Positions 1 to 8,425 of a stretch of 64,000 nt of DNA are shown here, piece after piece. Origin of the DNA: an uncultured bacterium. GTDB taxonomy: Bacteria > Chlamydiota > Chlamydiia > Chlamydiales > CAZBXE01. Every line of letters begins with the position of its first letter. The first letter of the stretch is position 1. Below the pieces are notes generated by a model. The model was not told the origin of the DNA, did not search any database, and saw only the letters and a program-made list of their open reading frames with translations. The position numbers and the translations under genes were made by a program. The stretch is from contig CAZBXE010000004.1 of NCBI GenBank assembly GCA_964496125.1, forward strand, positions 3,707 through 67,706. The letters run 5' to 3'.

Positions 1-1245
1 GCTAAAGAGCATTCCAATAAACCGAGTGACATAGTCAAAAAATTGATAGAAGAGGACAAGCGTCATAAGGGTCGTAAGATAACCTAAGATCATGAACCCC
101 TTTTCTGCCGACAGCCCAAAAAGCTCTGTAAAGAAATAGATGCAGAGCGAGGCTAGCAGCACTCCAAAAAAGCCTACGAAGTTTGTTGTCCCAATTACCT
201 GTCCTCTTGTTTCTTTAGGGCTTGCGATCTGGGTGTAACTATCGAGCGGAACCATGTAGATCCCCCCAAAAAGTCCGAGGAACATCACAAGAGGAATTAC
301 TGCAAAGATATTATTTGCGTAGTAGTCGAGGAAAAAGCTTCCGATTGCCATGCCAAGTCCGGCAAGAGGAACGAGGGCAAGCTCTACATTTTTGCCAGAA
401 ATTTGCCCTGCAATTACAGAACCGACCCCGATTCCAATAGCTGTAAGAAGGAAAAGATATCCGCCCTCTAGGTCTGTAAGACCAAGAGACTGAACCGAAA
501 AGGGGATCATATTAAGCTGTGTAAACGCGCCAACAAACATAAAAAAGGCGGAACCGAAGATGGCAGTTAATAGGGATGGAAATTGTTTGACCTGCTTTAG
601 AGTTTGCATAACTTCTCGCAAAAACCGCACGTCGAAGCGCTTACTTGAACCTGCAGGTGGAGTATATTCAATTTTGTAACCAGTATAAAGGCCAACAAGA
701 GAGATGAGCACACAGCAAAGGGCTGCGAGGACAAAATTTCTTCCGGTGATTTGCGTAATGAAGGACGCAAGGAATGTTCCCAGGATGATGGCAAGGAACG
801 TAAAGCTTGTCAAAAGGCCATTAGCGCGAGATATTTTATCGACAGTGACAAGTTCAGGAAGGATACCGTATTTAGAAGGGCCGAAAATTGCGCTTTGGGT
901 GGCCATCAGAAAAAGCACAAAATATGATCCCACCTGGCTATTGAAGTAGAAGGTGCTAAGACCTCCTAACATGATAGCAAGCTCTAGTACTTTTGTTAAA
1001 AAGATAATATTTCTCTTGCTGAATCTGTCTGCCAGTGTGCCGGAGGGGGAGGAGAAGAGAAGAAATGGGATCACAAAGATCGCGCCCGCAAGGGAGACGA
1101 TCTTGTGGCTGTTTTCTACTCCATCTATTTGGATGCAGAAGAAGACAATGAGTAGCTTATAAATATTGTCATTCAAGGCCCCTAGAAATTGCGTTATATT
1201 TAGCCATGTGAAGGACGAAAAGTACTTTGGGTTGAGCCACTTCAT
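1..1245 (-). CDS. MFS transporter, LplT-like (lysophospholipid-transporter type), N-terminal 415 codons; the gene runs off the window start
   Basis: Absent from the ORF track because it is edge-truncated. My own minus-strand translation from the ATG at 1245-1243 gives MKWLNPKYFSSFTWLNITQFLGALNDNIYKLLIVFF... and stays open for all 415 codons to position 1. It has many hydrophobic helices and an MFS motif-A-like GTLADRFSKRN. The subfamily assignment is from memory. Confidence 0.6.
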   Translation of the reverse strand, partial: MKWLNPKYFSSFTWLNITQFLGALNDNIYKLLIVFFCIQIDGVENSHKIVSLAGAIFVIPFLLFSSPSGTLADRFSKRNIIFLTKVLELAIMLGGLSTFYFNSQVGSYFVLFLMATQSAIFGPSKYGILPELVTVDKISRANGLLTSFTFLAIILGTFLASFITQITGRNFVLAALCCVLISLVGLYTGYKIEYTPPAGSSKRFDVRFLREVMQTLKQVKQFPSLLTAIFGSAFFMFVGAFTQLNMIPFSVQSLGLTDLEGGYLFLLTAIGIGVGSVIAGQISGKNVELALVPLAGLGMAIGSFFLDYYANNIFAVIPLVMFLGLFGGIYMVPLDSYTQIASPKETRGQVIGTTNFVGFFGVLLASLCIYFFTELFGLSAEKGFMILGYLTTLMTLVLFYQFFDYVTRFIGMLFS

Positions 1246-1272
1246 ATCTTTTCATTTACCTTAAAAAAATCG

Positions 1273-1289
1273 TAATGTACAGTACATTA
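1273..1289. promoter_or_regulatory. Perfect 17-bp palindrome TAATGTAC-A-GTACATTA in the divergent MFS/aspC intergenic region (candidate operator)
   Basis: Read directly: 8-bp arms are exact reverse complements around a single central base. It lies 28 bp from the MFS start and 47 bp from the aspC start. Confidence 0.3.
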
Positions 1290-1335
1290 TGAGAATACAG
1301 CTGTTTTACCTCAAGACATTTAACTAATAAACGTT

Positions 1336-2520
1336 ATGAAATTTTTTGAAAACCTGGAAACTCTTCCAGAAGATCCCATTTTAGGTCTCACTGTTGCCTT
1401 CAAAGAGGATCCAAGACCAGATAAAATTAATTTAAGTATAGGTATTTACCAGGATGAGGCGGGAAAGACAGAGACGCTTCCTTCCGTTCTGACTGCAGAA
1501 AAGGAAGTTTTAGAAAAGCACCTCTCCAAGGCCTATAGCCCCATACCAGGTGATCCCCTTTTTATCTCTCTTTGCAATACCCTTGTTTTTGGGAAAGAAA
1601 CGGCAGGCATTTTAGGGATGCAAACGGTAGGGGGGACAAGCGCCCTTCGCGTGGGGGCTGACTTTCTTTTCTGTCTCCCAAACCGCCCTAAAGCTGTTTT
1701 TTTACCGAATCCTACCTGGGCCAACCATAAACAAGTATTTGGCAGAGCGGGGCATAACGTTGAAATCTACCCCTATTATTCTGAAGCAACTAGGGGTTTT
1801 GATTTTGCTGGGATGCGCGGTGCCATTCAGAAGATGCCAAAAGGCTCCGTAATTGTTTTGCATACTTGCTGCCATAACCCAACGGGAATCGATCCAACAG
1901 AACAGCAGTGGGAAGAGCTCTCGCATTTGATCAAAAAGCAGGAGGTTATCCCTTTCTTTGATACAGCCTACCAAGGATTTGGTAAGGGGGTACAGGAGGA
2001 TGCTTTTCCGATTCGTCATTTTGCCAAGGAAGGACACGTTCTCTTTTCAGCCTTTTCGTGTGCGAAAAATTTTGGGCTCTATGGTGAAAGGGTGGGACAT
2101 TTGGGGATAAGAATCCCGAATGACGGGGAGAGAAAAGCAGCTTTTAGTCACCTCAAGCAAATCATTCGTGCCAATTATTCCAATCCCCCCTTGCATGGCG
2201 CGAGGGTGGTTGCTACAATATTGGCAACGCCTACTCTCTATAAGCAATGGGTAGAAGATTTGGATGCTATGCGAAATAGGATTTTGGAAATGCGCCGCCT
2301 TTTTACAAAAGGACTTTTTGAAAAAAACAGCAGTCTTGATTTTAGTTTTATAGAGAGGCAAAAGGGGATGTTTTCCTTTACAGGATTAAAAAAAGACCAG
2401 GTGGCAAGATTAAGGGTTGAGAAGGGGATCTTTCTGACAGAGGACGGAAGAATCAATATTGCCGCTTTGAATCATAAGAACCTGGATCCAGTACTTGCGG
2501 CTATAGCTTCCGTTTTATGA
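1336..2520 (+). CDS. aspC: Aspartate/aromatic amino acid aminotransferase (class I)
   Basis: 394 aa. Class-I aminotransferase hallmarks are present: CHNPTGIDP and SCAKNFGLYGERVG (the PLP-lysine region). Length is as expected. Confidence 0.9.
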   Translation: MKFFENLETLPEDPILGLTVAFKEDPRPDKINLSIGIYQDEAGKTETLPSVLTAEKEVLEKHLSKAYSPIPGDPLFISLCNTLVFGKETAGILGMQTVGGTSALRVGADFLFCLPNRPKAVFLPNPTWANHKQVFGRAGHNVEIYPYYSEATRGFDFAGMRGAIQKMPKGSVIVLHTCCHNPTGIDPTEQQWEELSHLIKKQEVIPFFDTAYQGFGKGVQEDAFPIRHFAKEGHVLFSAFSCAKNFGLYGERVGHLGIRIPNDGERKAAFSHLKQIIRANYSNPPLHGARVVATILATPTLYKQWVEDLDAMRNRILEMRRLFTKGLFEKNSSLDFSFIERQKGMFSFTGLKKDQVARLRVEKGIFLTEDGRINIAALNHKNLDPVLAAIASVL

Positions 2521-3521
2521 GAAACTACACCCTACGTCCCTATGCAACAACTTTTATCTTGCTTGTTTTGTTTTTTTCTCTTCCAACTCCGACAACCGAG
2601 ATGTTGAAGGGAAGGGTTATCTCTTTTTTTACCCCTATTTGGGAAGAGCTTTCCTTTTTTCGTACTGTGTTTGTTCTTCCTGAAAAAGAAGCGTTTCAAA
2701 GGCTTGAAGCAGAAAACCAGTTTCTTTCAAGAGAGCTTGCCGCCTTGCAGCAAGAAGGGAAGAAGCCTCCTATGGCTAAGGTTGCCAAAGTCATCTACCG
2801 CTCCCCTTTTTCTTGGAATAGCTGTTTGTGGATTGGTCTTGGCGAGGGAGAGGTACAGAAGGATAGTCCTGTTGTTTTAGGACGCTCTCTTGTAGGAATT
2901 GTGGACTATGTAGGAAAAAAGCAAAGTCTTGTGCGTCTTGTTACAGATGAGGCTCTTGTTCCGTCTGTTCGGGTGGCACGGGGAGAGCCGGAACACCGCC
3001 GTATTGTAGAGCTCATAGGCGCACTTGTCCAAGAATTGCTCCAACAAAAAAATAGTAAAGTTGTGGGGGATCTTTTCCCTCTTCTTGAGCATGTAAGGGA
3101 ACAATTTCTTTTGCAGGCCGATTCTTTTTATCTTGCAAAGGGAGAGCTTCATGGAACCAGTGCTCCTCTTTGGCGAGGTTCGGGGAGGGTGACGTTAAAG
3201 GGAATTGGTTTTAACTACGATTTTTCAGATGAGCAGGGGGCTAGTAGAGATCTTCGAACAGGAATTTTAGATACTAGCGAGAAAGGGCCAGGGCCGATTC
3301 TTCTTTTGGGGGATCTTCTTGTAACAACCGGATTGGATGGTCTTTTTCCTGAGGGGCTTGAAGTTGCTAAAGTTTCGTCTATTTCCTCGCTTAAGGAAGG
3401 GGACTACTTCTATGAAATTGAAGCAGAACCTACCTGCCTTGATTTAAGATCGCTCGAGTTTGTCTTTGTGCTTCCTCCTGTTGGGTATGTGAAAGAAGTT
3501 GCCCCTCGGTTGGCTTTTTAG
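2517..3521 (+). CDS. mreC: Rod shape-determining protein MreC
   Basis: 334 aa with an N-terminal TM helix, a coiled coil (QRLEAENQFLSRELAALQQE), then an MreC-type beta domain (VVLGRSLVGIVDYVGKKQSLVRLVTD). ATGA overlap with the aspC stop. aspC-mreC adjacency matches Chlamydia as I recall it. Confidence 0.75.
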   Translation: MRNYTLRPYATTFILLVLFFSLPTPTTEMLKGRVISFFTPIWEELSFFRTVFVLPEKEAFQRLEAENQFLSRELAALQQEGKKPPMAKVAKVIYRSPFSWNSCLWIGLGEGEVQKDSPVVLGRSLVGIVDYVGKKQSLVRLVTDEALVPSVRVARGEPEHRRIVELIGALVQELLQQKNSKVVGDLFPLLEHVREQFLLQADSFYLAKGELHGTSAPLWRGSGRVTLKGIGFNYDFSDEQGASRDLRTGILDTSEKGPGPILLLGDLLVTTGLDGLFPEGLEVAKVSSISSLKEGDYFYEIEAEPTCLDLRSLEFVFVLPPVGYVKEVAPRLAF

Positions 3522-4699
3522 CTTATGTGGCGTAGGAGAATGAACATCTCATAGCCCATGATGAGAAGGGAAAAGAGGGCAAGAACGAAAAGAAGAGGCT
3601 TGCCTCCAGGCAAGGCGTTCTCCTTGGAAAGGCCCATCTTATATCTTCCAACCCAAACAAGTGCGACAGGGATAAGACCGTTTAAAAGAGCCTCTCCAAT
3701 ACCACCGGCAACAGCAATTGCATCTAGGAAGATGCCAGGGTTAAGCCAAGCAAAGATGGCAGGAGGAAGGAAGACGGCAAGGGTAAGGGCAAGACGCGTT
3801 TTTCCCTTCCTTTCCACTTTCAGGCCATCGGCTAAAAAGTCAACCATCGACATCGCAACCCCTAGAAGGGACGTCACGAGTGCAAAGAATCCAAAGTAGA
3901 GAGCAAGAGAGCTTACCCAAGGACTCTTTGTAAAATCGTGCAGGGTAGCTGTAATCGGAACGCCCTGGTTAGCAGCTTGTTGTAACTGCTCTTCTGTCAA
4001 GATGCCGATAACAAGCGCTTGCCAAAGGGCGTAGATCAAAAAAGGAAGAGTCGTTCCTAAAATAATAGCTAGACGTAGGGCTTTTACGTTTCTATCGAGA
4101 TAGCTTGCAATGGAGGGGATGATATTGTGATAGCCGTAGGCACTAAAGAGCACAGGAAAGGCCATAAAGCTAAGCGACCATTTGGCCCTTGAAAAGAGCG
4201 CAGGCTGAACATCTTGCACACCCACGGTAACAAGAAGCACGTAAGAGGCTACGAGCCCTGCCATAAGTATCAAGTTAAGGCGGTCGATGTAGCGGGTACC
4301 AAGGAGTACGATAGCAAAGAAAAATAGACAAAAACCACTGTAAATCAGAGAGATAGGAGCATCGCTTTGTAGCATGGGTTTGACCCCATCAAAATAGGAG
4401 ACAAGCAGACAGTAGTAGAGGAAAAGAAAAGATACCCATCCGACAATTTTGCCGACAGGTCCAAAAAACCGCTCTGACATAGAGATGAGATTTGCCCCGT
4501 CATGCATCCATAGGGTTGCCTCTAGAAAGAGAAGACCTGTCGCCATCATAAAGAGCCAGCAGGCAACATTAACAGCAAGTGCCGGAATAAGACCGGCAAG
4601 ACCCGTAACTACGGGAGAGGCGAGCATTCCAGCACCAATGCAGGTCCCGGCTACGAGCAGTGCGCCACTTAAAGCATTTCCATGTTTGTGTATCATCAT
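3518..4699 (-). CDS. tyrP: Aromatic amino acid (tyrosine/tryptophan) permease, TyrP/Mtr (HAAAP) family
   Basis: 393 aa polytopic membrane protein. The N-terminus GNALSGALLVAGTCIGAGMLASP is typical of TyrP/Mtr permeases. Confidence 0.8.
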   Translation of the reverse strand: MMIHKHGNALSGALLVAGTCIGAGMLASPVVTGLAGLIPALAVNVACWLFMMATGLLFLEATLWMHDGANLISMSERFFGPVGKIVGWVSFLFLYYCLLVSYFDGVKPMLQSDAPISLIYSGFCLFFFAIVLLGTRYIDRLNLILMAGLVASYVLLVTVGVQDVQPALFSRAKWSLSFMAFPVLFSAYGYHNIIPSIASYLDRNVKALRLAIILGTTLPFLIYALWQALVIGILTEEQLQQAANQGVPITATLHDFTKSPWVSSLALYFGFFALVTSLLGVAMSMVDFLADGLKVERKGKTRLALTLAVFLPPAIFAWLNPGIFLDAIAVAGGIGEALLNGLIPVALVWVGRYKMGLSKENALPGGKPLLFVLALFSLLIMGYEMFILLRHIS

Positions 4700-4707
4700 T
4701 AGGGATA

Positions 4708-4736
4708 ATTTTAATTCATTCCTTATTTAAAGTCAA
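4708..4736 (-). promoter_or_regulatory. Candidate sigma70/66-type promoter of tyrP: TTGACT-N17-TAAAAT
   Basis: Minus-strand read: -35 TTGACT (4736-4731), a 17-nt spacer, -10 TAAAAT (4713-4708). Only 8 nt separate the -10 from the ATGATG start, and no Shine-Dalgarno sequence is visible. Confidence 0.4.
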
Positions 4737-4800
4737 AGACTTGGAGCCAAAGGTACCCGCAATCCTAAAATGGTGTATAATGAGGTCTCGGAGGTAGGGC

Positions 4801-5049
4801 ATGAAGACTAAAAAAGCTTCCCTTGAGGGAGATTCTATGGTGACATTTTCATCTGTATACCAGGAAATGGAGCGCCATGCAGTCAAGGAGCAATACAATC
4901 CTACTTTCACCGAGAAAATTGCAGGTGTCATGAAAAAAACTCTTCTCCCAGGTCTTAAGGAAAAAAATGCCGATGTTGAAGGACCATCCCTTCCAAAAAG
5001 AACAAAAAAAACGCCGGCTTCTCAAAAGAAGCTGAAGATCCTTTTGTAA
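4801..5049 (+). CDS. Small hypothetical protein with a lysine-rich C-terminus
   Basis: 82-aa ORF. GGAGG lies 6 nt upstream of the ATG (4790-4794) and TATAAT is at 4776-4781. No family recognised. Confidence 0.35.
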   Translation: MKTKKASLEGDSMVTFSSVYQEMERHAVKEQYNPTFTEKIAGVMKKTLLPGLKEKNADVEGPSLPKRTKKTPASQKKLKILL

Positions 5050-5079
5050 AAAGGCCTTTTTCCTCTAAGATGAGCCCCT

Positions 5080-5955
5080 ATGCACGCTTTGTCAGAGGTT
5101 CCTGTTTTCATTTTGTGTGGTGGTTTGGGTACACGTATTCGTGAAGAGACGGAATTTCGCCCCAAGCCCATGGTGCCTTTAGGAACGCGTCCTATGCTTT
5201 GGCATATTATGCGTCTTTATTCCCGTTTTGGTTTCCGCCGTTTTATCCTCTGCTTGGGGTACAAAGGTGAAGTGATAAAATCGTACTTTCTTCACTACGA
5301 GATGATGCACCGGGACTTCACTGTCTCTCTTGCAACGGGGGCAATTCATACATATGCTAAGGAGGGGGAGGAAGATTGGGAGGTGACACTCGTGGATACG
5401 GGTGAGGGGGCCATGACTGGCGCGCGCCTTGCCAAGGCGGCTGAAAAGTATTTGGGAGAGGCCCGTGTGGCTGCTGTGACCTATGGGGATGGTCTTACAG
5501 ATGTTAATTTGCGGGATGAGTTTCTTTTCCATGAGCGGCACGGGAAAATGGGGACGGTGCTCGGGGTTAACCCCCCTTCCCGCTTCGGAGAGATCCGGAT
5601 GGAGGGGGAAAGGGTATGCGAGTTTGAAGAGAAGCCAACTTTTGGGGAGAGGTGGATCAATGGGGGCTTCTTCTTTTTTAAAAGAGAGTTTTTTCAAGAG
5701 TATTTGAATAAATATGATAGCTGCGTACTTGAAAAACAGCCCCTTATAAAGCTTGCTCGAGATAATGAACTTTCTATGTATAAGCACACAGGTTTTTGGG
5801 CATGCATGGATACCCAGCGGGATCGTGACTATTTGAATCAACTCTATCTTTCTGGGAAGGCCCCCTGGGCACATTCCTCGTATTTCGTACATTCTTTGGA
5901 GGCTCATGCGCTACAAAAAAACCCCGCTGGAGGGGAGTTTTCTCATCGATCTTGA
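5080..5955 (+). CDS. rfbF: Glucose-1-phosphate cytidylyltransferase (RfbF/DdhA type)
   Basis: Collinear with remembered Salmonella RfbF from the GGLGTRIREET...KPMVP N-terminus to the ...GKAPW C-terminus. It carries ~30 extra C-terminal residues that overlap the next gene by 50 nt. Confidence 0.9.
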   Translation: MHALSEVPVFILCGGLGTRIREETEFRPKPMVPLGTRPMLWHIMRLYSRFGFRRFILCLGYKGEVIKSYFLHYEMMHRDFTVSLATGAIHTYAKEGEEDWEVTLVDTGEGAMTGARLAKAAEKYLGEARVAAVTYGDGLTDVNLRDEFLFHERHGKMGTVLGVNPPSRFGEIRMEGERVCEFEEKPTFGERWINGGFFFFKREFFQEYLNKYDSCVLEKQPLIKLARDNELSMYKHTGFWACMDTQRDRDYLNQLYLSGKAPWAHSSYFVHSLEAHALQKNPAGGEFSHRS

Positions 5956-6436
5956 GAAAAGAGAGGATGAGAGGGGGTTTTTCTCCCGTGTCTTTTGTGA
6001 AGAGGAATTTGAGAAAAATGGGCTTGAAAACAAGTTTGTGCAGGCCAATACATCGTGGAGTCAGGAGGAGAGAACACTGAGAGGGCTTCATTATCAGCTT
6101 CCTCCCTTCCAAGAGGTAAAGCTTGTCCGCTGTGTTAAAGGCGCTCTTTGGGATGTAATTGTGGACCTGCGCAAAGGGTCGAAGACTTTTGGAAAGTGGT
6201 TTGGAGCGCTTTTGACCGATCTTAATCGAACAATGCTCTATGTTCCGAAGGGTTTTGCTCATGGTTTTATTACCTTGCAAGAGGGAACAGAGATGTTTTA
6301 TCTTGTTTCAGCTCCTTATTCTAAAGAGCATGAAGTAGGCATTCGCTACGATGATCCAGCTTTTTCTATCGATTGGCCAGCCCCTCCCAAAGTAATCTCT
6401 GAAAAAGACAAGATCCATCCGCCATTCATATTATGA
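5906..6436 (+). CDS. NDP-4-keto-6-deoxyhexose 3,5-epimerase (RmlC/AscE-like cupin)
   Basis: 176 aa. RmlC-like motifs are present: DERGFF, LRGLHYQ, KLVRCVKGALWDVIVDLR, VPKGFAHGF. Confidence 0.85.
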   Translation: MRYKKTPLEGSFLIDLEKREDERGFFSRVFCEEEFEKNGLENKFVQANTSWSQEERTLRGLHYQLPPFQEVKLVRCVKGALWDVIVDLRKGSKTFGKWFGALLTDLNRTMLYVPKGFAHGFITLQEGTEMFYLVSAPYSKEHEVGIRYDDPAFSIDWPAPPKVISEKDKIHPPFIL

Positions 6437-7335
6437 AAAGAGCTTTATTTACAGGAGCCAGCTCTTTTACGGGATTCTATTTTGTAAGGGCGCTTCAAGA
6501 AAGGGGATATGAGGTTATAACACCTCTTAAAGGCTCTTTTGAAGCGTATGGGGGAGAGAGAGAAAAAAGAGTGTCCCTTCTTTCTCAGCCTGTTTTCTCT
6601 TCTCCCTTTGGAAGTGATCGTTTTTTGCAAGTGATTGAAGAAAAAGGTCCTTTTTCTCTTTTTTGTCATCATGCCGCAGAGGTAACTGACTATAAGAGTG
6701 ATGGCTTTGATTTTTATAGTGCTTTGCAAAATAACACGTACCAGGCAGGCAGGGTCTGTGAGGCGCTACAAAACAAGGGCAGCCCCTCTATCATTGTCAC
6801 TGGAAGCGTTTTTGAGGCAAACGAGGGGCAAGGCACATTTCCTCTTCGTGCGTTTTCTCCTTATGCACTTTCCAAAGGCTTAAGTTATGAGGTGTTTTGC
6901 TTTTTTGCTGAGAAGCAGAGGTTACAGTTATCAAAGTTTGTGATTGCAAACCCGTTTGGCCCCGGGGAAGATAAGGGGCTTACAAAATATCTTGTGGATT
7001 CGTGGCGAAAGCGGGAGGTGGCGGTCATTAAAACACCAGAGTATATTCGGGATCATGTCCCTGTCTCTCTCCTTGCAGAGGCATACGCCTATTTTGCTGA
7101 GAATGGCGGAGGCAAACTTTCTCCAAGCTATTATCCGGAAAGCGTAGGGAACTTTGTCGCAAGAATGGCAAGGGAATTTCGTAAAAGGACTTCTTTGCCC
7201 TGTGACTATATTTTGGAGAAACAAAAAGATTTTCAGGAGCCTTTGGAGCGGATCAACACGACCAATATAGGTGATTTGCCTTTAGACTGGGATCTAGAGA
7301 GGTTTTGGAGGGAGTATGCAGCAAGACTTTCCTAA
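6433..7335 (+). CDS. NAD(P)-dependent sugar epimerase/reductase (extended SDR)
   Basis: 300 aa. N-terminal Rossmann-like TGASSFTG and a YxxxK motif (YALSK). ATGA overlap with the upstream stop. The exact activity cannot be assigned. Confidence 0.7.
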   Translation: MKRALFTGASSFTGFYFVRALQERGYEVITPLKGSFEAYGGEREKRVSLLSQPVFSSPFGSDRFLQVIEEKGPFSLFCHHAAEVTDYKSDGFDFYSALQNNTYQAGRVCEALQNKGSPSIIVTGSVFEANEGQGTFPLRAFSPYALSKGLSYEVFCFFAEKQRLQLSKFVIANPFGPGEDKGLTKYLVDSWRKREVAVIKTPEYIRDHVPVSLLAEAYAYFAENGGGKLSPSYYPESVGNFVARMAREFRKRTSLPCDYILEKQKDFQEPLERINTTNIGDLPLDWDLERFWREYAARLS

Positions 7336-8230
7336 ATCCGTAGGCGTGGCTGTCATCACACATGCCGCAGAAGGTCATTTAGAAAAGTGCTTACCTCCCC
7401 TTCTCAATTCTTCCTTGAAGCCAACAGTTCTTGTGATGAACTCCTCTTCTTCTGATGGTACGATCGCCTTGGCAGAACGCATGGGAGCAAGGACACATGT
7501 CATACCAAGACATGAATTTAACCATGGAAGAACGCGAGAGCTTGCAAGAAAGCTTTTAAATACAGATGTCGTTGTTTTTGTGACACCTGATGCGTATGCT
7601 GAAGATCAGTTTACCTTAGAAAAACTCCTCGATCCCCTTTTTAAGGGACAAGCCTCTGTCTCCTACGCGCGCCAAATTCCTCATAAAGGGGCTGATTTCT
7701 TTGCTTCTTTTCCAAGAGCCTTCAATTATCCTCAAGAAAGCCATATTCGTTCTCTTAAAGATCGGGACACATATGGAATTTATACTTTTTTTTGCAGTAA
7801 TTCTTTTGCGGCCTGGGAGAAGAAAGCGCTTGATGGAATTGGTGGTTTTGCTCCTGCGCTTATCGCAGAAGATGCGATTGCTCTTGCCAAACTTTTGCAT
7901 CAGGGCCACAAGGTTGCCTTTGTTGCTGAGTCTGTTGTGCACCATTCCCACTCATATACCCTTTGGGAGGAGTTTAAGCGCCATTTTGATACCGGCCTTT
8001 ACCGCAAGGAATATGCCGCCCTTTTTCAAGAGAAAGAAACAGATGAGCGTAGGGGGAAAAGGTTTGTTAGAGAGATGCTTGTTGCTCTTGCAAAACAAAA
8101 TCCTTGGTTTCTTCCCTATGCTTTTTTACACTGCTTTATGAAATGGGCGGGCTATCAGGCTGGCAGGCTTTCCTGCAAGGCCCCTGCATGGCTTAAAAAA
8201 AGATTTTCTAGCCAAGAGTATTTTTGGTAA
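7316..8230 (+). CDS. Glycosyltransferase family 2 (rhamnosyltransferase-like)
   Basis: 304 aa. GT-A-like N-terminus (VAVITHAAEGHLEKCLPPL), a VTPDA segment and AEDAIAL. Overlaps the SDR gene by 20 nt. Confidence 0.7.
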   Translation: MQQDFPKSVGVAVITHAAEGHLEKCLPPLLNSSLKPTVLVMNSSSSDGTIALAERMGARTHVIPRHEFNHGRTRELARKLLNTDVVVFVTPDAYAEDQFTLEKLLDPLFKGQASVSYARQIPHKGADFFASFPRAFNYPQESHIRSLKDRDTYGIYTFFCSNSFAAWEKKALDGIGGFAPALIAEDAIALAKLLHQGHKVAFVAESVVHHSHSYTLWEEFKRHFDTGLYRKEYAALFQEKETDERRGKRFVREMLVALAKQNPWFLPYAFLHCFMKWAGYQAGRLSCKAPAWLKKRFSSQEYFW

Positions 8231-8425
8231 AGGCACAAGGTTTTGGTTGCCTAACCCCTGCTTTGGTAGAAAGGTTGACCGCTATCAAAAGCCCTATTTT
8301 GAGCATAAGCGCGCCTCGTGGAAGGGAAGAAATCTATTCTTTTGGAAGAAACTTGGGAAGAGGTACAGCAAAAAGCTTCCGCGTAAATTCTTGGGTGGCT
8401 ATAGTCACCTTTTTAGGAGGCAGCT

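Noticed and set aside
5179-5907. Long antisense ORFs opposite well-supported genes: 5179-5907 (242 aa, opposite rfbF), 12416-12997 (opposite MATE), 26815-27285 (opposite dinG), 30835-31308 and 30441-30965 (helicase region), 55856-56317 (opposite tsf/pyrH), 20061-20513 (opposite recC).
   Set aside because: Each lies opposite, or out of frame within, a gene with strong family motifs. Their translations are low-complexity or Arg/Ser/Cys-rich with no recognisable motifs or RBS. They are typical shadow ORFs.
5860-5955. The ~30-aa C-terminal extension of RfbF past the usual ...GKAPW end, considered as a frameshift or pseudogene sign.
   Set aside because: The whole catalytic core is collinear with RfbF and uninterrupted. 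The extension simply runs to the next stop while overlapping the epimerase start, which fits the overlap-rich operon style seen here.
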